Of a stretch of 64,000 nucleotides of DNA, positions 12,478-24,300 are shown one piece after another (the first letter of the stretch is position 1; each line of letters begins with the position of its first letter). The notes beneath the pieces were generated by a model, which searched no databases, was not told the origin of the DNA, and worked only from the letters and a program-made list of their open reading frames with translations. The DNA is taken from the NCBI GenBank assembly GCA_951406725.2, contig OX597830.1:53754001-53818000 (forward strand). Reading direction: 5' to 3'. The position numbers and the translations under genes were made by a program. The stretch is from Octopus vulgaris. Its lineage: Eukaryota.

Positions 12478-13120
12478 AATCCTTTCTACTACAGGCACAA
12501 GGCCTGAAATTTGGGGCGGGGGTAGTTGATCACATGGACTCCAGTACTTGACTGATACTTATTTTATTGACCTTGAAAAGACGAAAGGCAAAGTTGACCT
12601 TGGCGGAATTTGAACTCAGAATGTAAAAACAGATGAAATACCACTAAGCATTTTGCCTGGTGTGCTAACAATTTTGCCAGCTCGCTGCCTTACTACTACT
12701 ACTTTCTACTATAGGCACAAAGTCTGTGGGTCCATCAGTCCTAGTGCTTCACTGGTACTTACTTTATCAACCCTGAAAGGATGAAAGGTAAAGTCAACCT
12801 TGATGGAATTTGAACTCAGAATTTACAGACGGATGAAATGTCAATAAGCATTTTGCCCAGCATACTAACAATTCTGCCCGCTCACTACCTTAATAATAAA
12901 ATAATAATAAATGTTTCAAATTTTGGCACAAGGCCAGTTATTTTAGGGGAGGTAGTTAATTATATCAACTTCGGTACTTGACTGGTACTAATTTTATTAA
13001 TCCTGAAAGGATAAGAGGCTGAGTCAGCCTTGGTGGAATGTGAACTCTGAATGTATTCGAGCCAAAACAAATGCAAATTTGTCTGACGTGCTAATGATCC
13101 TGCCAGCTTGCTGCCTTGAT
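12478..13120 (-). mobile_element. three tandem Nin/Deu-domain SINE copies
   Basis: Repeated GGTACTTATTTTAT..CCTGAAAGGATGAAAGGCAAAGTCAACC..GAATTTGAACTCAG..GCCAGCTCGC units separated by (AAT)/(ACT) tracts. Confidence 0.75.
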
Positions 13121-13159
13121 AATAATTTTAATAATAATAATAATAATAATAATAATTAT

Positions 13160-13714
13160 AATGCCCTGATGCAGTACCAGACAGTGGCTCTCATGGCTTC
13201 TGATCTTAACTGATTGAAAGTGTTATCATGTACATTGTTTTGTCTTGGTGTAAAAGATTGGCTGCAGCAAATATTCTGCTCAATACCACAGATTTGCTTG
13301 TCAGTTGTTTGACCATAATGAGTTGAGCATGTCCCTTAGTGGCTGACGATATGCATCTCTGATCACGAGCAGAAGTAGTGGGGGAGCATCATAGCCATGT
13401 GTTGCGAGGGATTCTTTGGGGTTTGAATAATTCACCTCTGGAAAAAAGTGTTTCGTTCAACATCCTTAAACAACCCTTATTCAGGGACCTTTTGAGTGGG
13501 ATGGGTTACTCAAACTGAAGAAAATTCTAACTGGGCCCCCACCTGCAAGGTCATGTGTTGTTTATCTTGATATGAGATCACCATGTCGCGCACATATGGT
13601 TGTGATGCATGTGCCTGGTGTACCCTTATCAGACGGGTAGTCATGATGGGTATACTGGGCTTCACATATTTTACCCCAGTGTCACTTTGATGGCATGCAC
13701 TGCTCTCTCACTCA
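13160..13714 (+). mobile_element. ~555-bp retroposon-like repeat embedded in (AAT)n
   Basis: Second copy at 55360-55865 with the same 3' end GCACTGCTCTCTCACTC-(AAT)n. Confidence 0.7.
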
Positions 13715-14680
13715 ATAATAATAATAATAATAATGGTTTCAAATTTTGGGGGAGGGGTTAAATTAATTACATCAACCCCAGTGTTCAACTGGTACATTGT
13801 GTATTTTATTGACCCTGATAAGGATGAAATGCAAAGTTGACCTCAGCCAGAAAAATGATGATGATAATATTCAGTGTGCTAAATACATCTAATATTGTTA
13901 TCAAACAGAAATCAACACTACTTGGCGCTGCTAATAATCCTGCAAAACACACACACACACCCTATCTGAAGTCATGTGACTTAATGGAAAGTACTGAGTC
14001 TCTCCCCAGCCAAGACTGAAGCCATGCTAGAAATTAATAATTATGATACAGTGAAAAAGTGTTGTAAAGTTAAGAAAAATGTTAAAAATAAAATGGTGAG
14101 TGTAATTTTGGCAGCATCCTACTTATACAACAGGAAGACTAACATTAAATATTTATACTTTTGTTGCAGTGTAAGTTGTACATATTTTACCATTCTAGCT
14201 AATATTCACTGTTGTTTTTTTTAAGTTCCTTTGAAGAATGGTAAGATGGATGGATAATATTGTCTGCTATTTAGAAAATGGTCATTAACAAAATAACACC
14301 AAAATAAATACAAATTATATAAATAAAAGAAAAAAATTAATATAAACAAAAAAAAAGATGTATAAAAGATTAAGAGAAAAAAATTTGGAGTGCCACTTAA
14401 TTTATAATTATTTATAGTAAGAGGGAGAGAAATAGAGAGTGTGTTTGTGGTGTGTGAGGGGGAAGGAGAGAGAGGTAGTGAGAGAGGGAGAGGAATGTTT
14501 TTGTGTATAAGAGAGAGAGACAGTAAAACAGTGGGAGATGGAGAGATAATGTGAGGGAATGCGTGTGTGTGTCAGAGAAAGAGGAGGAAAGATAGGTAGT
14601 GAGAGAGAAGGTGTGTATGCTTTTTGTGCGAGTGAGGTAAGAGGAAAGAATCAAAAAGTACATGAGAAAGAGATAGACTG

Positions 14681-14718
<38 letters not shown>

Positions 14719-14771
14719 AGAAAGGCAGAATCTTGTATGTATATGTGCGTGCGTTTCTCTCCCAGTCTGTG

Positions 14772-14809
<38 letters not shown>

Positions 14810-15380
14810 ATATTGAGTGAAATAGAGAGAGAAATAATAATGGGAAGAGAGAGAGAGAGAGAGGAAATTCTTCAGTTTAATGATACCAAGATCTACTAAA
14901 TTATATAAAACAGAAAAATATAGTTTCATTTTCTATATTTGCCACTATACATACAATAACAACACTTTCTACCACAGACACAAAGCCTGATGTTTTAGGG
15001 GAGGCGACTGGTTGACTAACTGGTACTTGTTTTATTGACCCCGAAAGGATGAAAGGCAGCCGAAAGAAATTCTATTAAGCATTTTGTCTGGCACTAATGA
15101 TTCTTCCAACTCACTGCAATATTAATAGCAGTTTCAAATTTTGGCACAGGGTTGGTAGTTTTTGAGGGGAGGGGTCAATTACATCAATCACAGTACAAGA
15201 CTGATACTTATTTTATTGATCTCCCCCAGTACATGACTGGTACTTATCGTATTGATCCAAATAGATGAAAGGCAAAGTCGATTTTGGTGATATTTGAGCT
15301 GAGAATGGAATGATGGATGAAATTCCACTGAGCATTTTGTTCAGCATTAACTATTCTTCCAGCTGGCTGCCATATTAAGC

Positions 15381-15772
15381 TCTCTCTATATAAAGCTGAA
15401 GTTGTCTGTGTATGGCGGGTTTGGTAGCCTTCAACTAACACTATCTCCTCCGAGACCCTGTGTCGCAAGTTGACCAAAATTGAGAGCATGATAGAAGAAG
15501 GCTTGCTCTTCCTTCTGTAGAAGAAAAAATTCAAATCGGACTATGTTAACACCTAAAATTATTTACATCAAAAAGGTGCTATTTTTTCTATGAAAATCCC
15601 TGTTTTTTAACGATTTTTTGACTGCTGTGTCGCCATTTTTTGGTGTATTTCAACCAGAAAAATGTTCACTTAAAGATAGTAACAAGCTACATAATGCAAA
15701 ATTTTTACTTTTCAAAAATTCCAATTCTAAAAGGTCAAAACAAACCCGAGCAATGCCGGGCGATACTGCTAG
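15381..15772 (+). mobile_element. non-autonomous Helitron
   Basis: 5' TC start, 3' CCCG-AGCAATGC-CGGG hairpin followed by CTAG|T, no TSD. Confidence 0.8.
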
Positions 15773-16305
15773 TAATGTTAATAATGATTTCTTTTATCTT
15801 TTAGTTTATATACATCATTTTATGAAAGGCAAAAGAAAAATTATTAATATTATAACAGCAAGTTGGAAGACTAATAATAATGGTTTCAAATTTTGGCATA
15901 AGGCCAGAAGTTTTAGGGAGAGAGATCTAGTTTGTTACATTAACACCAGTATTTGACTGGTACTTATTTTATCGATCTTGAAAGGATAAAAGGCAAGCTG
16001 ACCCAACTGAGATTTGAAATCTGAAAATAAATAAATTGACCTAAAGCTATAGTGGTTGGATTTCCTCAAAGAGCTGCATAGTAGAACTGAACCTAATGTT
16101 TGTGTGTGTAAATATATATATATTCCCTTTTTTCCTGAGCGCCTAATAATACTTTAATTGTTCCACCTCCTTGCGTTGTTGTCTTTTTTGTTTTCTTGTT
16201 TGGATTAACTTATATATATATATATATATATATATTACAGAGATGTACTTGCATAGTAAGTGACCTGATCTGAGTCATGTGCTGAAACAAAAGCAATTGC
16301 AGCAT

Positions 16306-16563
16306 GGAAGGTGTTTATAAGCCATTTAAAAAATACACAGAAACCGTTAGATTCACTTCAATATTTAAATTTAATTTGTCAAAATATTTTCGTTGGTTTG
16401 AGACTGTGACCTGTTCACTGACAAAATTCTGTGCAGCATGGAATTTTGTCAGTGAACAGGTCGCGGTCTCAAAGGGATGAAAATATTTTGACAAATTGAA
16501 TTTAAATGTTGAAGTGAATATAACGGTTTTTGTGTTTCTTAAATGGCTTATAAACACCTTCCA
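16306..16563. repeat. ~255-bp fold-back inverted repeat
   Basis: GGAAGGTGTTTATAAGCCATTTAA...CACTGACAAAATTC [loop ~16430-16440] GAATTTTGTCAGTG...TTAAATGGCTTATAAACACCTTCC. Confidence 0.9.
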
Positions 16564-16586
16564 CAATTCAATTGTGTGTGTGTGTG

Positions 16587-16587
<1 letters not shown>

Positions 16588-16621
<34 letters not shown>

Positions 16622-16847
16622 GTTTAACGTCCGTTTTCCGCGCTAGCACGGGTTGGACGGTTTCGACCGGGGTCTGGGGAGCTCGGGACTGCCCCAGGCT
16701 CCAGTCTAGTCTGGCAGTGTTTCTACAGCTGGATGCCCTTCCTAACGCCAACCACTCCGCGAGTGTAGTGGGTGTTTTTTTTACGTGCCACCTGCACAGG
16801 TGCCAGAGGGGTCTGGCATCGGCCACGTTCGGATGGTGCTTTTTATG
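16588..16847 (-). mobile_element. young RTE-tailed SINE/LINE 3' end, 5'-truncated
   Basis: (CAT)n CGTTTAACGTCCG...GGATGCCCTTCCTAACGCCAACCACTCC; CpGs retained. Confidence 0.8.
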
Positions 16848-17727
16848 GGGGGGGGTGCAGAAATATAGGGGAGCACCAGTGGGAGGGGTGGTTCAGAGGA
16901 CAGGTACTAGTCAAGTAGAACGTAGGATATCGAGAGAGGGGTAATGCATGGTGAAATAGCGTATTGAAGAGGGGGTTCAAAGAGTAGACACCTATAATGG
17001 TGGTGGGGGGTGCAGAAATATAGGGGAGCAGCGTATTGAAGAGGGGGGTTCAAAGAGTAGACACCTATAATGGTGGTGGGGGTGCAGAAATATAGGAGAG
17101 CACCAGTGGGAGGGGTGGTTCAGGGGACAGGTTCTAGGCAAGTAGAACGTAGGATATCGAGAGAGGGGGTAATGCATGGTGAAATAGCGTATTGAAGAGG
17201 GGGGTTCAAAGAGTAGACACCTATTATGGTGGTGGGGGGGATGCAGAAATATAGGGGAGCACCAGTGGGAGGGGTGGGCACCAGTGAGGACAGGTTCTAG
17301 GCAAGTAGAACGTAGGATATCGAGAGAGGGGTAATGCATGGTGAATAGCGTATTGAAGAGGGGGTTCAAAGAGTAGACACCTATAATGGTGGTGGGGGGT
17401 GCAGAAATATAGGGGAGCACCAGTGGGAGGGGTGGTTCAGAGGACAGGTTCTAGGCAAGTAGAACGTAGGATATCGAGAGAGGGGTAATGCATGGTGAAA
17501 TAGCGTATTGAAGAGGGGGGTTCAAAGAGTAGACACCTATAATGGTGGTGGGGGGATGCAGAAATATAGGGGAGCACCAGTGGGAGGGGTGAGCACCAGT
17601 GGGAGGGGTGGTCCAGAGGACAGGTTCTAGGCAAGTAGAACGTAGGATATCGAGAGAGGGGTAATGCATGGTGAAATAGCGTATTGAAGAGGGGGTTCAA
17701 AGAGTAGACACCTATAATGGTGGTGGC
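16848..17727. repeat. tandem array of a ~157-bp GC-rich monomer (5 full units plus one 72-bp deleted unit)
   Basis: TGCAGAAATATAGG recurs at 16856, 17011, 17083, 17242, 17400 and 17557. Confidence 0.95.
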
Positions 17728-17730
17728 GCG

Positions 17731-18272
17731 CCGCGAAGAATCGGCAGCCAATTTCTATAAGGGAGATAGATCTTAAAATATCAATAACGATAACTAGTGA
17801 ATTATACAGAATATGCAGAACGAGGCGAGGCGAGGCTGAAATAGTAAACAGAGTGGCGACTAGGGGGATCAGAATAATAATAATTAATAAATAATAATAA
17901 TAAATAGAGATACGGATGAATTAAAGTTCAAAGATTTCTTATCTTGAGATCACTTCGTTTACGGACAGACTTGGCAAAAGGAATTCGGAATCAAGAATGA
18001 GGCAGTTTACTAGCTTAAGTATGCATAGCCATGGCGGGTGGTAGGAAGAGAGGAGTCCAGACAGACGACAATGTAACAAGAGGGGGAGAGAAGGGAAGAG
18101 AAAAGAAAAACCCCGCGAAGAATCGGCAGCCAATTTCTATAAGGGAGATAGATCTTAAAATATCAATAACGATAACTAGTGAATTATACAGAATATGCAG
18201 AACGAGGCGAGGCGAGGCTGAAATAGTAAACAGAGTGGCGACTAGGGGGATCAGAATAATAATAATTAATAA
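17731..18272. repeat. 160-bp identical direct repeats (17731-17890, 18113-18272), period 382 bp
   Basis: CCGCGAAGAATCGGCAGCC...GGGGGATCAGAATAATAATAATTAATAA present twice with no visible mismatch. Confidence 0.95.
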
Positions 18273-18642
18273 CACACATAAATAATCATCATTAACTCCA
18301 TTTAATGTCCACTTTTCCATGCACGGGTCACCTGGAATTTATTGAGGCAAATTTTCTAGGGCTAGATCTCTTCCTATTACCAACTCTTCTCTTGTTTCTC
18401 TAAGTAAGGTAATATTTCACCATAGCTGGACATGTTCTTCACAGCTCATTGGAAATGAGTGACCTCACTTGTATGAGGACGATTCTCATTTCCAACTATT
18501 GTGCATGCATGCATGCATGTGCACACACACGTTCGTGCATGCACACACACATTTGTGCATGCACACACACGTTCGTGCATGCACAGACACATGTTTGTGC
18601 ATGCACACACACGTTCATGCACACACACACATGCACACATAT

Positions 18643-19192
18643 ATCATTAAGAAAGAAATGTCCGATTTTCTTGTGCACCAAATTTGACAGTCATTAACTC
18701 AAATGTTTTGTTCTGACAATTCTTTGTTTTGCATCCTTGAAGAATTACATATGTATGCATTAACCAATTAGGTGAAATGATGAGTGATCTTGCAATCAAA
18801 CAACCGAGATTGGTCAATAAAGACACACCAATTCTCTTGCAAGACAATGCTCGACCACATGTTGCACAAAGAACATTACTCAAGTTACAGGAACTGAACT
18901 TGGAAGTACTCTGTCATCCACCATATTCACCAGACCTTGCACCAACCGACTATCACATTTTCCAGGCATTAGACAACGTTTTGCAAGAAAAAAACATCAA
19001 ATCTGAAGAAGATGCGAAAACAGCCTCTTATGATTTCATCACCTCTTGCTCCCCAGAATTCTTTGCTGCCAGCATAAATAAGCTACCAATAAAATGGCAA
19101 AATTGTGTTGATAATTTAGGTGCATTGCTTTTTGTTGAGATAAAGTAAAATAAACTTTCAGTTTAAAATCAGACATTTCTTAATGATCTGAT
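18643..19192 (+). mobile_element. internally deleted mariner with both TIRs and the C-terminal part of the DD34D transposase (ORF 18777-19148)
   Basis: LQDNARPH...HPPYSPDLAPTDYHIF. TIRs CATTAAGAAA..ATGTCCGATTTT and AAAATCAGACATTTCTTAATG. Confidence 0.9.
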
Positions 19193-19195
19193 ATA

Positions 19196-19229
<34 letters not shown>

Positions 19230-19729
19230 TGTGTGTGTGCGCATGTGTGTGTGCGCGTGTATGTATGACTTGGTCAGTGACTGAAACTTAGCAATTTCAA
19301 TAAAATGTAGACACACATATGACTGAACTTTACGCTATTTCAATGCTGCTCCCATTTTTTTGACTCACTTCTTGGCAGTTTTCCAAAATAACAAACCAGT
19401 CACTTCAGCAAGAACGAAGAAATCGGATGAATGCCCCCCCTTTTTTTTGTTTATTTTGGTTTTTTGCTTCCTTCTCCCTCTTCATCTGTCTCCCTCTATC
19501 TGTTTCTCTCTCTTCTCCTCCCTCCTCCTCTCTCATGCTCTTTATTAATTTATTTACAAATCAGATATTTTTTTTTCTTTTCCTAGAAAATGTTTTTCAC
19601 ATACATAATTTACAGGAAATTATTTTCATAAACAATTACTTTTTCTGTTTCTCCTAACTTCGTATTGAAAAGAGAAGAGAAGCGATTATCCTCATATAAT
19701 AATAATAATAGCAATAATAATAATAATAA

Positions 19730-20890
19730 TGATTTCTGATTTAGGCTAAGGCCAGTAGGTTTGAGAGAAGGGGACAAATAGATTACAGTGACCTAGTACT
19801 TGACCGGAACTTATTTTATAGACCCTGAAATGATGAAAATCTAAGTTGACTTCAGCAGGATTTGAACTCAGAATATGAAGAGCTAATGATTTCTGATTTT
19901 TGGCAGAATGCCAGCAAATTGAAAGGAGAGGGGTCAGTCACTATCATCAACCCCAGTACTTGACTGGTACTTTTATTGATCCCAAAAGGATATAAAGTAA
20001 TGTAAAGGCTACTCTCCTTCGCCTTAAAACTGTGTCGTTGCACCTAAACCAGAAGTCATTGTTCTGAATCTTTACATTCCGAGTTCAAATTCTGCTGAGG
20101 CCTATTTTGTTTTTCATCCTTTCGGGGGTGGGGGTTGATATAATTGACCTGTCCCCCTCCCCTCAAAATTGGTTGCCTTTTGCTGAAATTTGCAACCATT
20201 ATTAAAAGGTGGTGAACTGGCAGATCTGTTGGCACAGTGGACAAAATACTCAGCAGCTTTTTGTTCTGAGTTCAGGTTTCACAGAAATCGATTTTGCCTT
20301 TCATCCTTTCAGGGTCAGTGAAATAAACTACCAACTGAGTACTGGGGTAATGTAATCAAGCAGCCCCCTCCCCCCAAATTTCAGGCTTTGTATCCATGGT
20401 AGAAACTATTATAATAATTTTATTATTTGATGAAAACTCTCAGCTTATTGTTATTATGGTTCATGTGAATGGGCCTACTCTGGACATTCACTTGTAAACC
20501 GGTGGAGTTGTGACGGAGAGGCACCAGCTGAGGGGTAACCAGGATGTGTGGGGTTCTTTGGTTGCCCCTTTTAGGAATTTTACTGTTATTTTTTTTACAT
20601 GACTTTGTACTAAATCCCACTTGTCCTTTCTGTAGTATTGTTCCTATGTATTTTGTGTTCAGCTCTTGTGGCCAATAAAAAAAAATGTTTTTATCATAGC
20701 AATCTGGCAGAATCATTACTGCATCAGACAAAATGCTTAGCAGGGTTTCTTCCAGCTCTTTATGTATTGTGTTCAAATTCTGCCAAGGTCAACTTTGCCT
20801 TTCATTGTTTTGGAGCCAATGAAATAAAGTACCAACCAAGTTGATACAACTAACTCCTTCCTCTAAAACTGTTGGCCTTGTGCCATATAT
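19730..20890. mobile_element. cluster of Nin/Deu-domain SINE copies in both orientations
   Basis: GAGTTCAAATTC B-box and GCCTTTCATCCTTTC..GTACCA domain repeated. Confidence 0.7.
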
Positions 20891-20894
20891 AAAG

Positions 20895-21360
20895 ACACCA
20901 ACATATCTAACCTCATTATTATTAATGTTTACTAATGTGTTCAAGACACACCATTTGATATACAAACATTAAAAATACTAAAGTTTTAAACCTTTGACAA
21001 GATACTCCACTCCACATGAATATGTCAACAGTGTTGTTTACTAGTGTTTAACTTTAGACAAGGCACACTACTCTACTTTATACAAATGCATTGATATATC
21101 TAACACAATGTTTCTATAGTGTTAAACCTTAGACAAGACACACCACTCTACATATACACAACAACATATCTAACACCATTAGTATTAAGTTTACTAAAGT
21201 AGTAAGCCTAAGACAAGACACATCACTCTATTTTATATAAATGCAATGATATCGCTAACACCGTTAGTATTATGAATATTAAAGTATTTAACCTTAGGCA
21301 AGAGTTACCACTCTACTTCATATAAAAGCCCTCAACATATCTCGCACCATTTTGTATCAC
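20895..21360. repeat. old, diverged tandem repeat (~6 units of 56-85 bp)
   Basis: CAAGACACACCAC-like anchor at ~20942, 20998, 21059, 21134, 21214 and 21299. Confidence 0.7.
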
Positions 21361-21784
21361 AGATTATAAGGATTTCATAATAAATTTGTGGTCCTTTTTT
21401 TTGCTTTCAATATATATATTTTTTAAGAAACCTAAATCAATCTTCCCCTCTGCCCCCACTCTATTTCATTTCCACCCACCTGCTCAATCTGAAACACTTG
21501 ATATAATATAATACGCAGCAACAGATATTTTCCGAGCTCGTATTTCTTCATGACTTAAAAATAAATTTGAAAAGAGATCTCATTATCTTTATTCACTCTT
21601 ATTTTTTGTTTGTTTTATTTCATTTGTGTGTGTGTGTGTGTTTGCATCATCATCATCATCATCGATGTTGCTGTCACTACCACCACCACTATCTCATTAT
21701 TACCATCTTCATCATCAGCACCACCTCTACCATCACCACCATTATCACTACCACCTTACCATAATCATCATTGTCATTACTATC

Positions 21785-22220
21785 ATTGGCAGAATTGCTA
21801 GCGTGTCTGACAAAATGCTGAATGGCATTTCTTCCAGCTCTTTATGTTCTGAGTTCAAATTTTGCCATGGTCAACTCTGCCTTTCATTTTTTTAGGATCC
21901 TTAAAATAAGTACCAGTTAAATACTGGGATCAATGTAAATCAACTTGCCCTCTTCCCCCACTATATTTCAGAGCTGTGCCTGTAGTGGAAAGACTTAATA
22001 CCATTATTATAATGGTGGTGAGCTGGCAGAATGGTAAGCATATCGGACAAAATGCTTAATTACATTTCTTCCAGTTTTCATTCTGATTTCAAATTCTGCC
22101 AAGGTTGACTTAGCCTTTCATCTTTTTAGGATTGACAAAATAAGAACCAGTTGAATACTGCAGTTGATGTAATCAACTAGCCCTTTCTCACCAAATTTCA
22201 GGCCTTGTACCTAGTAAGGA
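21785..22220 (+). mobile_element. two Nin/Deu-domain SINE copies
   Basis: TGGCAGAAT..GAGTTCAAATT..GCCTTTCAT..AATAAGTACCAG. Confidence 0.7.
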
Positions 22221-22244
22221 TTATTATTGTTGTTAATTTTAGTT

Positions 22245-22543
22245 TGTTACAGTTCGAAAATTTCAGATATGAGGAATTATGTACATTATTTACATTTGAC
22301 GATATTTGTCCTCATCTTGTTTGTTGTTAACACAACGTTTCAGCTGATATACCCTCCAGCCTTCATCAGGTGTCTTGGGGAAATTTCGAACTTGGGTTCT
22401 CATTCCTAAGGTATTTTTCGATGTTGTTATTATTATTATTATTATTCAGGTCACTGCCTGGAATCGAACTCGGAATCTTGGGGTTAGTAGCCCGCGCTCT
22501 TAACCACTACGCCATATGCCCATGGGCATATGGCATAGTGGTT
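22245..22543 (-). mobile_element. tRNA-headed SINE-like element carrying a hammerhead ribozyme, with a 5' fold-back
   Basis: Head 22521-22449 GGGCATATGGCGTAGTGGTTAAG (A box)...GAGTTCGATTCC (B box), then (AAT)n spacer, HHR at 22374-22329 and AT-rich tail. The first ~20 nt of the head are duplicated in inverted orientation (palindrome 22502-22543). Confidence 0.85.
22329..22374 (-). ncRNA. minimal type I hammerhead ribozyme
   Basis: GACAC CUGAUGA A GGCUGG agggUAUA UCAGCU GAAA C GUU|GUGUU: stem I 5 bp, stem II 6 bp, palindromic ACGU stem III. Confidence 0.8.
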
Positions 22544-22564
22544 TATGTTGTTAATATTTTTATT

Positions 22565-22780
22565 AGGGCAGCAAACTGGTAGAATTGTTAGCATGCTGGG
22601 CATGATACTTAGCAGCAATTTCATCAGTCTTTCCGTTCTGAGTTCAAATTCTGCAAGGGTTGACTTTGCCTTTCATCCTTTTGGGGTTAATAAAATAAGT
22701 ACCAGTTGAACACTGGGGTCAATATAATTGACTTATCCTTTCTCCCCAAATTGCTGGCCTTGTGCCAAAATTTGAAATCA
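22565..22780 (+). mobile_element. Nin/Deu-domain SINE, complete (donor flank of the 26712-27137 duplication)
   Basis: GGGCAGCAAACTGGTAGAATTG...GCCTTTCATCC...TGCCAAAATTTGAAA. Confidence 0.75.
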
Positions 22781-23242
22781 ATATAAATATTGTTATTGTT
22801 GTTATATCAGTGAAATTGTTGTGGCCAGTGCCAGTGCCACATAACTGGCATCCTCTGAACGTTGGCCCTCACAGAGGCAGTGACAGTGGCTGAGACCTTT
22901 GGCGGTATACTGTGCTTAAGAAGACCTGTCAAGCCAAGTGAGATCATAGCTGTAGCCAATGCTGGTGCTACGTAACTGGCACCCATGCCGCATCCAGCCC
23001 TAGAAACCATGCCAAATCAGATTGGAACTTGGTGCAGCTTACCAGTTTTTAGGCAAGCCATCCAACCCATGCCAGCATGGAAAATGGATGTTAAATGATG
23101 ACGATGATGTTCTCATGGTGGTGATGGATTTTGAGAATCTTTAGAGTTTTGGTTAAAAATATCTTGAGGTATCTAGTTTCAACTGTAGATTCTGAGTTCA
23201 AAGCCTACTGGCACCAGCTCTACCTTTTATTTCTTGGAGAAG

Positions 23243-23276
<34 letters not shown>

Positions 23277-23619
23277 GTCAATAAAATAAGTACTATTAAG
23301 TACTAGACTACCCCCACCTCTCCTTAAAATATTCTGGCCTGGAGCCTAAATCAGAAATCATTATTTATGTTACTGTTTTTCTTTATGTTATTTTGGTTGC
23401 TGCTGTTGTTGTTGCTATTTTCTACCTCCTCTCTTCATAAATGTTAATAAGAAATTATATAAATAGCCAACGACAACAACACCAACTCCCTCCAATTCTA
23501 TCATTACCATTCTCTCTTAAGAAATTAGAGCAGACTTCTTAGATTTCAATCATCACTGCAAATGCTAGAAAAAAGGATTTTTGTCTGTTTACCTGTGTTT
23601 TTTAAAAATCTTTTATCTG

Positions 23620-24300
23620 TCTTTCACTTTGTCAGTCTCTCTTTATCTCTCTCATTTTCTTTGCATGTCTCTTTGTCTCTCTCCCTTTCCCTCCTTCCAT
23701 TCCCCTCCCCCTTTCCTTCCTTCATTTCCCCTCTCCCTTTCCCTCCTTCCATTCTCCTCTCCCTTTCCCTCATTCCATTCCCCTCTCTCTTTCCCTCATT
23801 CCCTTTCCCTCCTTCCTACTCCTCTCTCTTTCCCTCATTCCCTTCCCCTCTTTCCCTCCTTCCTACTCCTCTCTCTTTCCCTTCCCCCTCTCCTTCCTTC
23901 CTTCCTTCCCCCCTTTCCCTCCCCTCATTTCTTCCCCCCCTTTCCCTCTCCTCATTTCTTCCCCCCTCTTTACCTCTCCCTCCCCTTCCTCCCTCCCCAC
24001 CCATCTACCTCTCTCCCTCTCATTTTCTTCTTTTTGTACCTGCATTTGTATCTATATGTTATATCATATATTTTTTTTTCCTTGTTTTTAAATTTTCATA
24101 TTTTTCTCATTTCTCTCTTTCTTTGCCACTCTTTCTCTTAATTTGCTTTCTTCCTCTCCCTTTCCTCCACCCCCACCCAACCCCCGATTTATCTTTTTCT
24201 TTCTCATTCTTTTATTACTTCCCTCTCTATTTATCACTCTCTTTCGCCACACCCTTTCATCACTCTCTCCCTTTCTCCTCTCCCTCTCTCTCTCCTTTAG
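23620..24300. repeat. long polypyrimidine low-complexity tract
   Basis: C/T-rich run; similar tracts at 29780-30260 and 33780-34070. Confidence 0.9.

Noticed and set aside
16992-17751. Repetitive ORFs in the 157-bp array
   Set aside because: Frames shift between units because G-run lengths vary; no coding constraint
22449-22521. Functional tRNA gene
   Set aside because: Acceptor and T stems do not pair properly, and the sequence is the head of a repeated element
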